Source: Bacillota bacterium (lineage in GTDB: Bacteria > Bacillota > Dethiobacteria > DTU022). From it: a stretch of 64,000 nucleotides of DNA. Of the stretch, positions 55,141 through 64,000 are shown one piece after another. Every line of letters begins with the position of its first letter. Positions within the stretch are counted from its first letter, which is position 1. The DNA lies in contig JAHYJM010000005.1 in assembly GCA_019428945.1 (NCBI GenBank), forward strand, positions 1,562 to 65,561. Direction: 5' to 3'. The notes below the pieces were generated by a model, which was not told where the DNA came from, searched no databases, and saw only the letters and a list, made by a program, of their open reading frames with translations. Position numbers and translations under genes: made by a program.

Positions 55141-55392
55141 ATGGCAAAAACTTTGTATGTGGGGAATATTCCCTGGAGCACCAAAGAAACCGATCTGGAG
55201 CAGTTTTTTTCACAGTATGGTGAAGTACTTGAATGTCGAATTATCACTGAGCGTGCCACCGGGCGTTCCCGTGGATATGGCTTTGTGGAAGTAAACGATG
55301 ATTGTATCGATGATATGCTGGAAAAAACTAATGGCGCTGAACTTGAAGGCCGGAAGCTGGTCGTTAACGAAGCTAAACCGCGCGAACAGTAA
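55141..55392 (+). CDS. RRM-type RNA-binding protein (83 aa)
   Basis: RNP2 (LYVGNI) and RNP1 (RGYGFVEV). Confidence 0.8.
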   Translation: MAKTLYVGNIPWSTKETDLEQFFSQYGEVLECRIITERATGRSRGYGFVEVNDDCIDDMLEKTNGAELEGRKLVVNEAKPREQ

Positions 55393-55464
55393 CTATACCG
55401 GTAAGAAGTTGCCGAAGAAGGTCTATAGAAATTATTATTAAGTATTATTACAAAAAAATTATGA

Positions 55465-56058
55465 TTGAAGGTCCGTGGCCGGCTGATGAAACCAGAAGAG
55501 AGCCAAAAATTAATGCAAAAGATCCTCGATGGAAGGCTCTACCGGCATTGTCTTGGAGTGGCTGAGGCGGCTGAAACCCTGGCCTGCCGCTTCGGAGCAG
55601 ACCCAGGCAGGGCTTATGTTGCCGGGATGGTTCATGATTATGGCAAACGTTACAGCTTTCAGGAATTAATTAATAAAGCGGCGGAACTTAAGCTTTCCCT
55701 GGACAGGGTTACAATACGTGAGTGTAAGCTGCTTCATGCTCCTGTGGGAGCCGCTCTAGTTGAGTTGGAACTGGGAATCACCGATCCCGGGATAATAAAG
55801 GCAGTTGCCAGCCATACCACCGGACGGCCGGGGATGACTCTTCTGGAAAAAATTATTTACCTGGCTGACTATATAGAAGCCGGCCGCAGGTATGAAGGCG
55901 TTGAAAAGATTAGAGGAGCAGCAATTAATGATCTTGACGGGGCCCTGCTCATAGCAGTTAATCATGCTTTGAATTCTGTTATAGCCAGGGGATTATTACT
56001 GCACCCGTGTTCTGTCGCTTTTCGTAACAGCCTGCTGGTTGACATCTCCGGCAGGTAA
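55465..56058 (+). CDS. yqeK: HD-domain protein YqeK (bis(5'-nucleosyl)-tetraphosphatase family)
   Basis: HD motif (YRHCLGV...HDYGKRYS). Conserved position after nadD. Confidence 0.85.
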   Translation: MKVRGRLMKPEESQKLMQKILDGRLYRHCLGVAEAAETLACRFGADPGRAYVAGMVHDYGKRYSFQELINKAAELKLSLDRVTIRECKLLHAPVGAALVELELGITDPGIIKAVASHTTGRPGMTLLEKIIYLADYIEAGRRYEGVEKIRGAAINDLDGALLIAVNHALNSVIARGLLLHPCSVAFRNSLLVDISGR

Positions 56059-56085
56059 AGATCAAATCTTTGGAGGTGATGTTAT

Positions 56086-56457
56086 TTGGCACAGGTAACG
56101 GCCGGTGACTCCCGGGAACTGGCCCTCTATGCCGCTGAACTGGCATCGGAAAAGAAAGGACATGAACCATACCTTTTGGAGGTTGGTCAGGTCTCGATTG
56201 TAGCTGATTATTTTTTACTGGTGACCGGAACTACAGCAGTACAGGTGAGATCTATCTGCGATCACCTGACTGAAAAGCTTAAGAAAGAAGGGCTCCAGGC
56301 ACTGCGAATTGAAGGTTACAGTGAAGCCTGGTGGGTAGTGTTAGACTATGGAGCCCTGGTAATACATGTTTTTCAACCAGAGGCAAGGACATTTTATGAC
56401 CTTGAGCGGTTGTGGTGTGAAGCGCCGCAGGTAATGCTTGAGCCGGTTAATGATTAA
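56086..56457 (+). CDS. rsfS: Ribosomal silencing factor RsfS (Iojap family)
   Basis: 123 aa, DYFLLVTGTT...WVVLDYGALVIHVF. Confidence 0.9.
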   Translation: MAQVTAGDSRELALYAAELASEKKGHEPYLLEVGQVSIVADYFLLVTGTTAVQVRSICDHLTEKLKKEGLQALRIEGYSEAWWVVLDYGALVIHVFQPEARTFYDLERLWCEAPQVMLEPVND

Positions 56458-56474
56458 ACATATATAACTTCAGA

Positions 56475-57371
56475 GTGTTTTTACCTCAGGTGATTATAAT
56501 GAATAGTGAAGATCATTTACGCAAAATTATTCTTGATGCTGCTGTTGAAGGAACCGATCCTGCAGGAGGCAGTTATCTGTATCTGACTTTGCAGAGCACA
56601 GGGTTGATAGCTTCTGAAAACAATCTTAGCAATCGTGTGGTGGAATTAGCCGCCCTTAAAGCAGATATCATTCCTGATCGTTATCAGCGCAGTATCGGCA
56701 CTGTTGGAACAAAGGGTCAGATTAAGCTGCTCGAAGCTAAAGTCGGTGTGATAGGTGCCGGCGGTCTGGGTGGTTTTGCGCTTGAACTTTTATCCCGAAT
56801 GGGCGTAGGTCGGCTTGTAGTTGTTGATGGAGACAACTTCGCTGACAGCAACCTTAACCGTCAACTTTTTGGGCTTGAAACGAATCTGGGTAAATCCAAG
56901 GTGCGGGCCGCGGCTGAACGCATAATTGAAGTCAACAGTTCTGTCGAATTGGAAACACACCACTGCCTGGGCACAAGTTCGAACCTGCCTGAAATATTCA
57001 GGGGATGCGATCTTGTTCTTGATTGTCTTGACAACCTTCCATCGCGTTTTGACCTGGAGAAAGTATGCGGAGAGCTTGAAATCACGATGATTCACGGAGC
57101 AATTGCAGGATTTCTGGGCCAAATAGCCGTGATCAGACCGGATCAGCCTTTACTTTCGGCAATATATGGCAATATAGCTGAAAGTGGCGCAAAGAAGGGT
57201 GTAGAGACACAACTTGGCAACCCTGCAGCTACACCTGCAATGCTAGCTTCATGGCAGGCGAGCGAAGCGGTTAAATACCTGGCAGGGTTGGAAGGAGTTC
57301 TGGCTTCCAATAAATTGTTAATTATTGACATGCAAGCCGGAGAATCATACCAGGTTGAGGTAAGCCCCTGA
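56475..57371 (+). CDS. ThiF/MoeB/HesA-family E1-like adenylyltransferase with ~85-aa N-terminal extension
   Basis: Rossmann motif VGVIGAGGLGGFALELLSRMGVGRLVVVDGD. Confidence 0.75.
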   Translation: MFLPQVIIMNSEDHLRKIILDAAVEGTDPAGGSYLYLTLQSTGLIASENNLSNRVVELAALKADIIPDRYQRSIGTVGTKGQIKLLEAKVGVIGAGGLGGFALELLSRMGVGRLVVVDGDNFADSNLNRQLFGLETNLGKSKVRAAAERIIEVNSSVELETHHCLGTSSNLPEIFRGCDLVLDCLDNLPSRFDLEKVCGELEITMIHGAIAGFLGQIAVIRPDQPLLSAIYGNIAESGAKKGVETQLGNPAATPAMLASWQASEAVKYLAGLEGVLASNKLLIIDMQAGESYQVEVSP

Positions 57372-57387
57372 AAAAGATATAATGCTA

Positions 57388-57416
57388 TTGACAAGGTGCA
57401 TTGCCGTGCATATAAT
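57388..57416 (+). promoter_or_regulatory. Consensus sigma-A promoter TTGACA-17-TATAAT driving the leuS leader
   Basis: Perfect hexamers and spacing, read directly. Confidence 0.65.
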
Positions 57417-57422
57417 GTTATG

Positions 57423-57782
57423 TGTACTCGAGGTGCCATATAGATTTTGATGAAGGGAAGCAGTAAGCAGGAATGTTTTCTCAGAGAGCCGGCGCCTGGT
57501 GAAAACCGGCAGGCGGAACTGCTGAACTCGTCCCGGAGAAGCAGCGGTAAATTTTTAAAACGCTGCCGTAAACCGGCGTTAACGGTAGAAAGAGGGCAGC
57601 ATATCATGGGGCTGTGGCGCAGGGGGAGCGCGCTTCCTTGGCATGGAAGAGGCCGCGGGTTCAATTCCCGCCAGCTCCACCACATTTTGTCTGACCAATA
57701 AGGGTGGTACCGCGGGTATGAATCCGTCCCTTGACAGGGCGGATTTTTTATTTGGTGAAACATATGGAGACGGAGGTTTAAT
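57423..57782 (+). promoter_or_regulatory. T-box riboswitch leader of leuS (Leu, CUC specifier), interrupted by a tRNA gene
   Basis: The 5' part reads GAUGAAGGGAAGCAGUA (Stem-I base GA motif), ...GAACUCG (specifier-loop candidate) and AGAGAG/GGUGAAAA (distal elements). The 3' part carries the T-box sequence AATAAGGGTGGTACCGCGG (57697-57715) and the terminator ATCCGTCCCT/AGGGCGGAT+T6 (57722-57749). The RBS GGAGACGGAGG precedes the ATG. Confidence 0.65.
57608..57683 (+). tRNA. tRNA-Ala (anticodon GGC)
   Basis: Cloverleaf folded by hand. 7-bp acceptor with a G3:U70 wobble, discriminator A73, D-stem GCGC/GCGC, anticodon stem CTTCC/GGAAG, loop UUGGCAU (GGC), T-stem GCGGG/CCCGC with TTCAATT loop, and an encoded CCA. 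Confidence 0.85.
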
Positions 57783-60263
57783 ATGGTGACGAACTATAAT
57801 CCTGCCGAAATCGAAGAAAAATGGCAGCAGAAATGGGCTGAGGATGATTCCTTCCGCTCGGAAATCGACCATGATAAAACCAAGTATTATGTCCTGGAGA
57901 TGTTCCCCTATCCATCAGGGAAACTGCACATGGGCCATATGCGCGTCTATTCAATTGGTGATGTACTGGCTCGTTTTTTACGTATGCGCGGCTTCAATGT
58001 TATTCATCCAATGGGTTGGGATGCTTTTGGTCTTCCTGCAGAAAATGCAGCAATAGATCACCGGGTTAACCCGGCAATCTGGACTGAACAGAATATAGAA
58101 CATATGAAAAAACAGCAGAACCGGCTGGGAGTCAGCTATGACTGGAGTCGTGAGGTTAATACCTCTGCTCCTGATTATTATCGTTGGTCCCAGTGGTTAT
58201 TTCTTTTAATGTATAAACGCGGGCTGGCTTATAAGAAACAGGCCAGTGTTAACTGGTGTGAAACCTGTGAAACTGTGCTGGCAAATGAACAAGTGGAAAA
58301 GGGTCTTTGCTGGCGCTGTTCATCAGTAGTTGAAACACGTGATCTCGAACAATGGTTTTTACGTATAACTGAATATGCCGAACGTTTGCTTTATGATCTG
58401 GATAAGCTGGAAGATTGGCCTGAAAGGGTCAAAACTATGCAGCACAACTGGATCGGTCGCAGCGAAGGTGCTGAAATAGCATTTAAGGTGAAGGAAATAC
58501 CGGAAGAAGAGGTACGCACATTTACTACCCGGCCTGACACTCTCTTCGGGGTTACATCTATGGTTCTTGCTCCGGAACACCCGCTGGTTAAAAAATTAGT
58601 TGAGGGTACCGAAAGAGAGAAAGATGTAATGGACTTTGTCGCCAGGGTCAGAAAAGAGAGCGAAATTGAACGCACCGCAGATGAGGCGCCAAAAATCGGA
58701 CTATTTACCGGGCGCCATGTTGTTAATCCGATCAATGGTGAAGAAATCCCTGTCCTGGTTGGCAATTATGTCCTGATGGGCTATGGAACAGGTGCAGTAA
58801 TGGGTGTACCCGCTCATGATCAGCGGGATTTCGAATTCGCCAAAAAACATAAACTGCCGATAAGGATAGTTATCCAGCCTGAAGGCGAAGAACTTGATGA
58901 ACACACTATTACAGAAGCTTATACCGGTGAAGGTGTAATGGTGAACTCCGGCAGTTTTAACGGCCTTAATAATACAGAAGGCATGAAGAAAGTGACTGAG
59001 TACCTTAAAGAGAAAGGGCTCGGTGATTTCAGGGTTACTTTCCGGTTGCGGGATTGGCTGATTTCAAGGCAGCGATACTGGGGCGCTCCGATACCGATTG
59101 TCTATTGTGATAAGTGTGGAACAGTACCTGTTCCTGAAACTGATCTGCCCGTTAAACTGCCTCATGATGTGGAGCTATCAGGGAACAGGGTTCCGGGTCT
59201 TGCCCATTATGAAGAGTTTGTTAAGGCTACCTGTCCGGTTTGTGGCGAACCGGCGCGTCGTGAAACTGATACAATGGATACTTTTATATGCTCATCCTGG
59301 TACTTTTTCAGGTATGCCAGCCCACATTCACAAATTGCGCCATTTGAGAAGGATGATGTTGATTATTGGATGCCGGTTGATCAGTATATCGGGGGGATTG
59401 AACATGCAGTGCTCCATCTTCTTTATGCCCGGTTTTTCACCAAGGTTTTGTTTGATGCAGGAATGACCAGGGCAGAAGAACCTTTCAGCCGCCTGTTGGC
59501 CCAGGGAATGGTCTACAAGGATGGCGCTAAAATGTCCAAATCAAAGGGTAATGTGGTAACACCTGATGAAATTGTTGAAAGGTACGGCGCCGACACCGGA
59601 CGTCTCTTTATATTGTTTGCGGCTCCTCCCGAAAAAGATCTTGACTGGAATGACCAGGGGGTAGAAGGTTCGCATCGTTTTCTTCGCCGGGTCTGGCGTC
59701 TTGTAGTGGAATGCCGCGAGCAGTTTGCCACCGGAAAGGGCAATGCAGATCATGGTGAAAAGGAAGCTGAGCTTGAAAGAGTTTTGCATGCGACAATCAG
59801 GAAAGTTACGCACGACATTGAGAAGAGATTTAACTTTAACACAGCGATCAGCGCTATCATGGAGCTGGTCAATGCCATCTATAATTACCGTCTCAGCGTT
59901 GAAGAGGTTAAACAAAACAATAGTCTGTTAAAAGAGACGCTCGTAAAAACAATATTACTGCTGGCGCCTTTTGCACCTCACCTTGCTGAAGGGGCATGGA
60001 ATCTGCTTGGATACAAAGAGAGTGTGCACAAACAGAGCTGGCCCGAGTTCGATACAGTTAAACTGGTAGTTGATGAAGTTGAAATTGTTGTCCAGATTAA
60101 CGGTAAAGTACGCGGCAGAATGGTTGTCCCAGTCGACTTTAATGAAGATGACCTTGCCGAAGCTGCCCGTGAAAATGAGCGTATCAGTGAGCTCATCGAA
60201 GGCAGAGAGGTAGTTAAAATCATAGCAGTTAAAGGACGACTGGTTAACATAGTAGTCCGTTAG
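57783..60263 (+). CDS. leuS: Leucyl-tRNA synthetase
   Basis: 826 aa. The HIGH motif appears as HMGH and the KMSKS motif is present. The CP1 editing domain is present. Confidence 0.95.
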   Translation: MVTNYNPAEIEEKWQQKWAEDDSFRSEIDHDKTKYYVLEMFPYPSGKLHMGHMRVYSIGDVLARFLRMRGFNVIHPMGWDAFGLPAENAAIDHRVNPAIWTEQNIEHMKKQQNRLGVSYDWSREVNTSAPDYYRWSQWLFLLMYKRGLAYKKQASVNWCETCETVLANEQVEKGLCWRCSSVVETRDLEQWFLRITEYAERLLYDLDKLEDWPERVKTMQHNWIGRSEGAEIAFKVKEIPEEEVRTFTTRPDTLFGVTSMVLAPEHPLVKKLVEGTEREKDVMDFVARVRKESEIERTADEAPKIGLFTGRHVVNPINGEEIPVLVGNYVLMGYGTGAVMGVPAHDQRDFEFAKKHKLPIRIVIQPEGEELDEHTITEAYTGEGVMVNSGSFNGLNNTEGMKKVTEYLKEKGLGDFRVTFRLRDWLISRQRYWGAPIPIVYCDKCGTVPVPETDLPVKLPHDVELSGNRVPGLAHYEEFVKATCPVCGEPARRETDTMDTFICSSWYFFRYASPHSQIAPFEKDDVDYWMPVDQYIGGIEHAVLHLLYARFFTKVLFDAGMTRAEEPFSRLLAQGMVYKDGAKMSKSKGNVVTPDEIVERYGADTGRLFILFAAPPEKDLDWNDQGVEGSHRFLRRVWRLVVECREQFATGKGNADHGEKEAELERVLHATIRKVTHDIEKRFNFNTAISAIMELVNAIYNYRLSVEEVKQNNSLLKETLVKTILLLAPFAPHLAEGAWNLLGYKESVHKQSWPEFDTVKLVVDEVEIVVQINGKVRGRMVVPVDFNEDDLAEAARENERISELIEGREVVKIIAVKGRLVNIVVR

Positions 60264-60277
60264 CCGGAGGCGTATAT

Positions 60278-61621
60278 TTGACTTATATAAAAGAAGGGCA
60301 GATTTTACAGCCTTTTCTGGTTGAAGCGGTTCGCGAACATAATGCTCTGCCTTTAACCGGCCGCTGTAATCTGTCCTGTATTTTTTGCAGTCACCGGCAT
60401 AACCCGCCCGATATCAAAGCTTTCAGTTTTGCTCCTCTTTCCGAAGGGTTGTGGTCCGATCTTGCACAATACCTCGATCCCGGACGCAAAATAATTATTG
60501 GTGAATCTGCTACTCGTTTGCGTGAGGGAGAACCATTTACACATCCGCAGATCTACCGGATCCTTGAAAGGCTGCGCCTGCTCTACCCTGAAACTGCAAT
60601 TCAGATTACTACCAATGCTGCTCTTATTAATGAAAATGCGCTGAAAATATTGGCCACCCTGAAACCCCTCGAAATGGTTATATCTTTAAACAGCGCCACT
60701 GCCGCCGGGCGCAATCTGCTGATGAATGATTTCCGGCCTGAAAATGCGCTTCGGGTTTTATCGATGATGAACAATTACAACATACCTTTCCACGGCAGTC
60801 TGGTCGCGCTTCCGCACCTGGTCGGATTTGACGATCTCAGAAAGACTATTGTATTTCTTGACCAGGCCGGGGCCTTGACTGTCAGATTACTCTTGCCCGG
60901 GTACACTGCTTTTAGCGACCTTGCAGTTGTTCCTCCGCCGGGAACATCTGAGATCCTCTACAGTTTTGTTTCTGAAATAAAAAGTGAGTTAAAAGGCGTA
61001 TTACTTGCCGAACCGCCTCTTATAGAGAACCTTGATTCTGTTGTTGAGGGAGTAAATGTTAACAGCCCGGCATTTAGTGCCGGTATAATGGCAGGCGATA
61101 TAGTTACAGAAATCAACGGTATTGAAACTTTGAGCAGGGTCGGAACTTTTAACACTTTATACAGCAGTTATAATCCGGTATTAACCGTAAAGCGCGGCAG
61201 TGATTTTATTAAAGTCTCAAGCAGTAAGAAGGGGTCAGAATCTTTCGGCCTGATCATGAATTACGATCTTGATCCCGATCAAATTAAACGTGTGAAAGAG
61301 AGCTTGAATCTAAGCGCGAGTGCGCTTATGCTTCTCTCGAAACCTGCTTTAAAGCGCTGGGAGGTAGCTGCTGACAAATTTGATATCAAGAATTTAACCT
61401 TTCAAGCCGTCGATTCACTTTACTTCGGTGGTTCGATAAACTGTGCCGGTCTGCTAACAGTCAGAGATTTTCAGCAGGCTTATAATAATGCTAACAATCC
61501 TCTTTCATTTGACAATATTTTAGTGCCCGCTGTTGCATTTGACAGCAACGGCCAAGACCTCAGCGGAAGCAGCTACCTTAACCTTAAAACCGGAAGTATT
61601 CCGGTTACCCTTGTAACCTGA
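60278..61621 (+). CDS. Radical SAM protein with C-terminal PDZ domain (DUF512-type)
   Basis: CNLSCIFC (CX3CX2C) and the PDZ region GIMAGDIVTEINGIE. Confidence 0.7.
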   Translation: MTYIKEGQILQPFLVEAVREHNALPLTGRCNLSCIFCSHRHNPPDIKAFSFAPLSEGLWSDLAQYLDPGRKIIIGESATRLREGEPFTHPQIYRILERLRLLYPETAIQITTNAALINENALKILATLKPLEMVISLNSATAAGRNLLMNDFRPENALRVLSMMNNYNIPFHGSLVALPHLVGFDDLRKTIVFLDQAGALTVRLLLPGYTAFSDLAVVPPPGTSEILYSFVSEIKSELKGVLLAEPPLIENLDSVVEGVNVNSPAFSAGIMAGDIVTEINGIETLSRVGTFNTLYSSYNPVLTVKRGSDFIKVSSSKKGSESFGLIMNYDLDPDQIKRVKESLNLSASALMLLSKPALKRWEVAADKFDIKNLTFQAVDSLYFGGSINCAGLLTVRDFQQAYNNANNPLSFDNILVPAVAFDSNGQDLSGSSYLNLKTGSIPVTLVT

Positions 61622-61645
61622 ATCACCTAATAATTACCGGATCCC

Positions 61646-61674
61646 TTGACAGCTATATATTCAAATTATATAAT
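61646..61674 (+). promoter_or_regulatory. Consensus sigma-A promoter TTGACA-17-TATAAT upstream of the Asp23-family gene
   Basis: Read directly. A ~130-nt leader follows. Confidence 0.5.
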
Positions 61675-61803
61675 ATAGTAGACAGTTCTAAATAATTCGT
61701 ACACATCAGCATAAAAAACAACATATTTAGGCAACTTATTGTCAGGTTTACATGCAGCCGGTTTAAATTTTCCGGCTTTTATAATCTATAAGGAGGAAAT
61801 AAA

Positions 61804-62271
61804 ATGGTCAAACAGGAAAAAGATATGCTTGAAAAAGAACAAACTACCGGTGTTGGAGAAGCTGTTTTAAAACCGGATCCGACAAAAGAAGGAGACAGTA
61901 TTAAAATCTCCTCAGAGGTAATTGCAATTATTGCCGGAATAGTATCCAGCGACATCCCTGGTATAGCCGGTATGAGTGGAGGCCTCGTCGGCGGCATTGC
62001 AGAAAAATTAGGGCGCCGTGACCTGACCAAGGGCATTAAAGTTATTGTTGACGGTGATAAAGTTAAGATTGACATGAACGTAATAGCCGAGTATGGTGTT
62101 TCCATTGTTGAAGCGACCGATAAACTGAAAAATGCTATTCGCGGTAATGTGGAAAAAACAACCGGTTTGAAAGTTAAGGCAATCAACATTAACGTTCTGG
62201 GCATTAATGTTCCGGAAGAGGAAGAGCCTGAAGAAGAAAAGGAAGAGAAAAAAGATAAAGAAAGCAAATAA
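61804..62271 (+). CDS. Asp23/Gls24-family alkaline-shock protein with acidic C-terminal tail
   Basis: EVIAIIAGIVSSDIPGIAGMSGGLVGGIAEKLG is a DUF322/Asp23 signature. Confidence 0.85.
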   Translation: MVKQEKDMLEKEQTTGVGEAVLKPDPTKEGDSIKISSEVIAIIAGIVSSDIPGIAGMSGGLVGGIAEKLGRRDLTKGIKVIVDGDKVKIDMNVIAEYGVSIVEATDKLKNAIRGNVEKTTGLKVKAININVLGINVPEEEEPEEEKEEKKDKESK

Positions 62272-62309
62272 GAACAAGTTAGCATAAATTGAGAATTATT
62301 GGTTTAGAA

Positions 62310-62340
62310 AAGCGTCCGCAAATGGGCGCTTTTTTCTTTT
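62310..62340 (+). terminator. Rho-independent terminator after the Asp23 gene
   Basis: AGCGTCC...GGGCGCT stem followed by TTTTTTCTTTT. Confidence 0.65.
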
Positions 62341-62443
62341 CAGGTAGAATTTACAGAGGGAAAAGTGATTGTTAAATAGAATAAAAAGACTGTTCAAGCT
62401 TAATATATAGTTAAAAGATATATATCTTTAGGAGGTTGTTTAT

Positions 62444-63040
62444 ATGCTTGATTGGATCAGGGAGAAAGGCGGCATAAACGAAAAAGTAATTATCGGTCTC
62501 CTGGTTTTACTCTTGATTAGCGGCGGAATCTGGAGAGGGGCACAACAGAACCTGAACAGCTCTTCCCTAACCCAGGTCGGTGCCGGCGATATAACTGAGC
62601 ATGCTGAGCCTGAGCCTGAATTGATCACTGTTCACCTGGTTGGCGCTGTTATGAACCCGGGTGTTTATCATCTGCAAGAAGGAGCCAGGGTTTATGAATT
62701 GCTTGAACTAGCGGGGGGATTCAATGATGATGCCGAACAAGAAACATTAAACCAGGCCCGGCCGCTTATTGACGGGGAGCAGATCTATATTTTAAAGGCC
62801 GGTGAACTGCCCGGGCAAGAAATGGGTTCTTTTGGCAGCAATTCCAAAAAAGTAAATATAAATAAGGCAGGGGCAGCTGAGCTGGCGACCCTGCCGGGTA
62901 TAGGTGAAGTTCGGGCTAACCAGATCATTGCTCACCGTGAAAAGCACGGGTATTTTACTCAGATTCGAGAATTGATGGATGTGAGCGGTATCGGCGAAAA
63001 AACTTTTGAAAACCTGGAAGAACTAATTACGATATATTAA
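62444..63040 (+). CDS. comEA: Competence protein ComEA (DNA receptor, tandem HhH)
   Basis: N-terminal anchor, SLBB region, and the C-terminal HhH motif INKAGAAELATLPGIGEVRANQII. Confidence 0.85.
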   Translation: MLDWIREKGGINEKVIIGLLVLLLISGGIWRGAQQNLNSSSLTQVGAGDITEHAEPEPELITVHLVGAVMNPGVYHLQEGARVYELLELAGGFNDDAEQETLNQARPLIDGEQIYILKAGELPGQEMGSFGSNSKKVNINKAGAAELATLPGIGEVRANQIIAHREKHGYFTQIRELMDVSGIGEKTFENLEELITIY

Positions 63041-63044
63041 ATTG

Positions 63045-64000
63045 TCATTGCCAGGCTTTCAGGTATTCTTCCTGTGCGCAGGTAAGTTTATCAATAGTTA
63101 TTCCCATTGCTTCAAGCTTAATCGCAGCAATATTTTGATCAAACTGTTCGGGAAGCTTTATAACTGATTTCGGCAGATTTTTGCCTTCACGAAGCAAATA
63201 AAGCATTGCTTCGAATTGCAGAGCGAATGAAAGATCCATAATTTCTGCCGGATGACCGTCACCTGCAGCAAGGTTGACCAGGCGTCCTTCGCCGAGCAGG
63301 TAAACTCTTCTGCCATTATTTAATTTATATTCATCAATATTCTGGCGCGGCTGACCCATGTTTTTCCCAAGGGTTGCCAGTGCATTTTTGTCTATCTCCA
63401 CATCAAAGTGGCCGGCGTTACTCAATATTGCGCCATCTTTTAGAAGTTCAACATGTTCTGCGGCGATAATTCCACGGCAACCTGTAGTAGTCACAAATAT
63501 ATCACCGATTTTAGCTGCTTCGAGCATGGGCATAACCCTGAAGCCTTCTACTGCTGCTTCCAGGGCATGAACAGGATCGACTTCTGTAATAATTACATTT
63601 GCGCCAAGCCCGGCAGCACGCATCGCCACACCGCGTCCGCACCAGCCAAAGCCGGAAATAACAACATTCTTTCCTGATATTAGCAGGTTGGTTGTGCGCA
63701 TAATACCATCCCATACTGACTGTCCGGTGCCGTAACGGTTGTCAAAAAGGTATTTGCACATGGAGTCGTTAACGGCAATTACCGGAAAAGTAAGTTTACC
63801 TTCCGCTGCCATTGCTCTCAGGCGAATCAGGCCTGTAGTTGTTTCCTCAGCACCTCCGATCACCTGGTCAATTAAGTCGGGACGATCACGGTGAAGCATC
63901 GTGATTAAATCTCCGCCATCATCAATGATCAAATTCGGGCCACTATCGATTGTACTGCGAATATGGCTGTTATATTCTTCGGTGGTAGCGCCATGCCATC
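63045..64000 (-). CDS. ahcY: Adenosylhomocysteinase (C-terminal ~300 aa; the 5' end lies beyond the window)
   Basis: The NAD-binding motif GFGWCGRG is present, with the flanking sequence [31 protein letters not shown] and the C-terminal [10 protein letters not shown]. The ORF is still open at the window edge. Confidence 0.9.
   Translation of the reverse strand, partial: WHGATTEEYNSHIRSTIDSGPNLIIDDGGDLITMLHRDRPDLIDQVIGGAEETTTGLIRLRAMAAEGKLTFPVIAVNDSMCKYLFDNRYGTGQSVWDGIMRTTNLLISGKNVVISGFGWCGRGVAMRAAGLGANVIITEVDPVHALEAAVEGFRVMPMLEAAKIGDIFVTTTGCRGIIAAEHVELLKDGAILSNAGHFDVEIDKNALATLGKNMGQPRQNIDEYKLNNGRRVYLLGEGRLVNLAAGDGHPAEIMDLSFALQFEAMLYLLREGKNLPKSVIKLPEQFDQNIAAIKLEAMGITIDKLTCAQEEYLKAWQ

Noticed and set aside
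57143-57763. 206-aa minus-strand ORF spanning the leuS leader
   Set aside because: It overlaps a bona fide tRNA, the T-box and a promoter. Its composition is Cys/Pro/Ser-rich in the pattern typical of antisense noise.
62008-62285. Minus-strand ORFs (168 aa, 89 aa) antisense to the Asp23 gene
   Set aside because: Ser/Phe-rich low-complexity antisense translation of a GAA/AAA-rich gene.

Overview
This is a chromosomal window from a low-GC anaerobic Firmicute, Clostridia-like, with no mobile elements or CRISPR arrays. Most of it is conserved core gene order, described in the features list, with an accessory sigma-54 amino-acid oxidation cluster, an rnf-mrp-apbE membrane block and a tungsten cluster between. 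The regions that stand out are:
- A tungsten-related cluster on the minus strand. Three paralogous ~120-170 nt structured RNA elements share the core CCTTCTTTCCGCAA[CT]GGGAGGC. Two carry hairpin plus U-tract expression platforms and one abuts the tupA ribosome-binding site. They look like Moco/Tuco-class riboswitches that I cannot confirm by hand. They control tupABC (tungstate ABC transporter) and an uncharacterised 3-gene operon encoding a GIDDTD-motif protein, a small acidic protein and an amino-acid-kinase-fold protein. A tungsten-type aldehyde:ferredoxin oxidoreductase sits elsewhere in the window.
- A large membrane bioenergetic block. rnfCDGEAB, in which RnfG carries three FMN-binding domains, is followed directly by a 10-gene Mbh/Mrp-type antiporter module with no hydrogenase catalytic subunits and three large antiporter-like subunits. 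One of those subunits ends in five tandem 25-residue repeats plus a terminal transmembrane anchor. ApbE flavin transferase and a Gx/HepS-like membrane protein follow.
- An intact tRNA-Ala(GGC) gene embedded inside what looks like a Leu (CUC) T-box leader upstream of leuS.
- A sigma-54 regulon (RocR-like activator, paired upstream repeats, perfect -24/-12 promoter) driving a class-III aminotransferase, tungsten aldehyde:ferredoxin oxidoreductase, glutamate dehydrogenase and a 4-subunit 2-oxoacid:ferredoxin oxidoreductase, followed by a GlnK/GlnL-type two-component pair.
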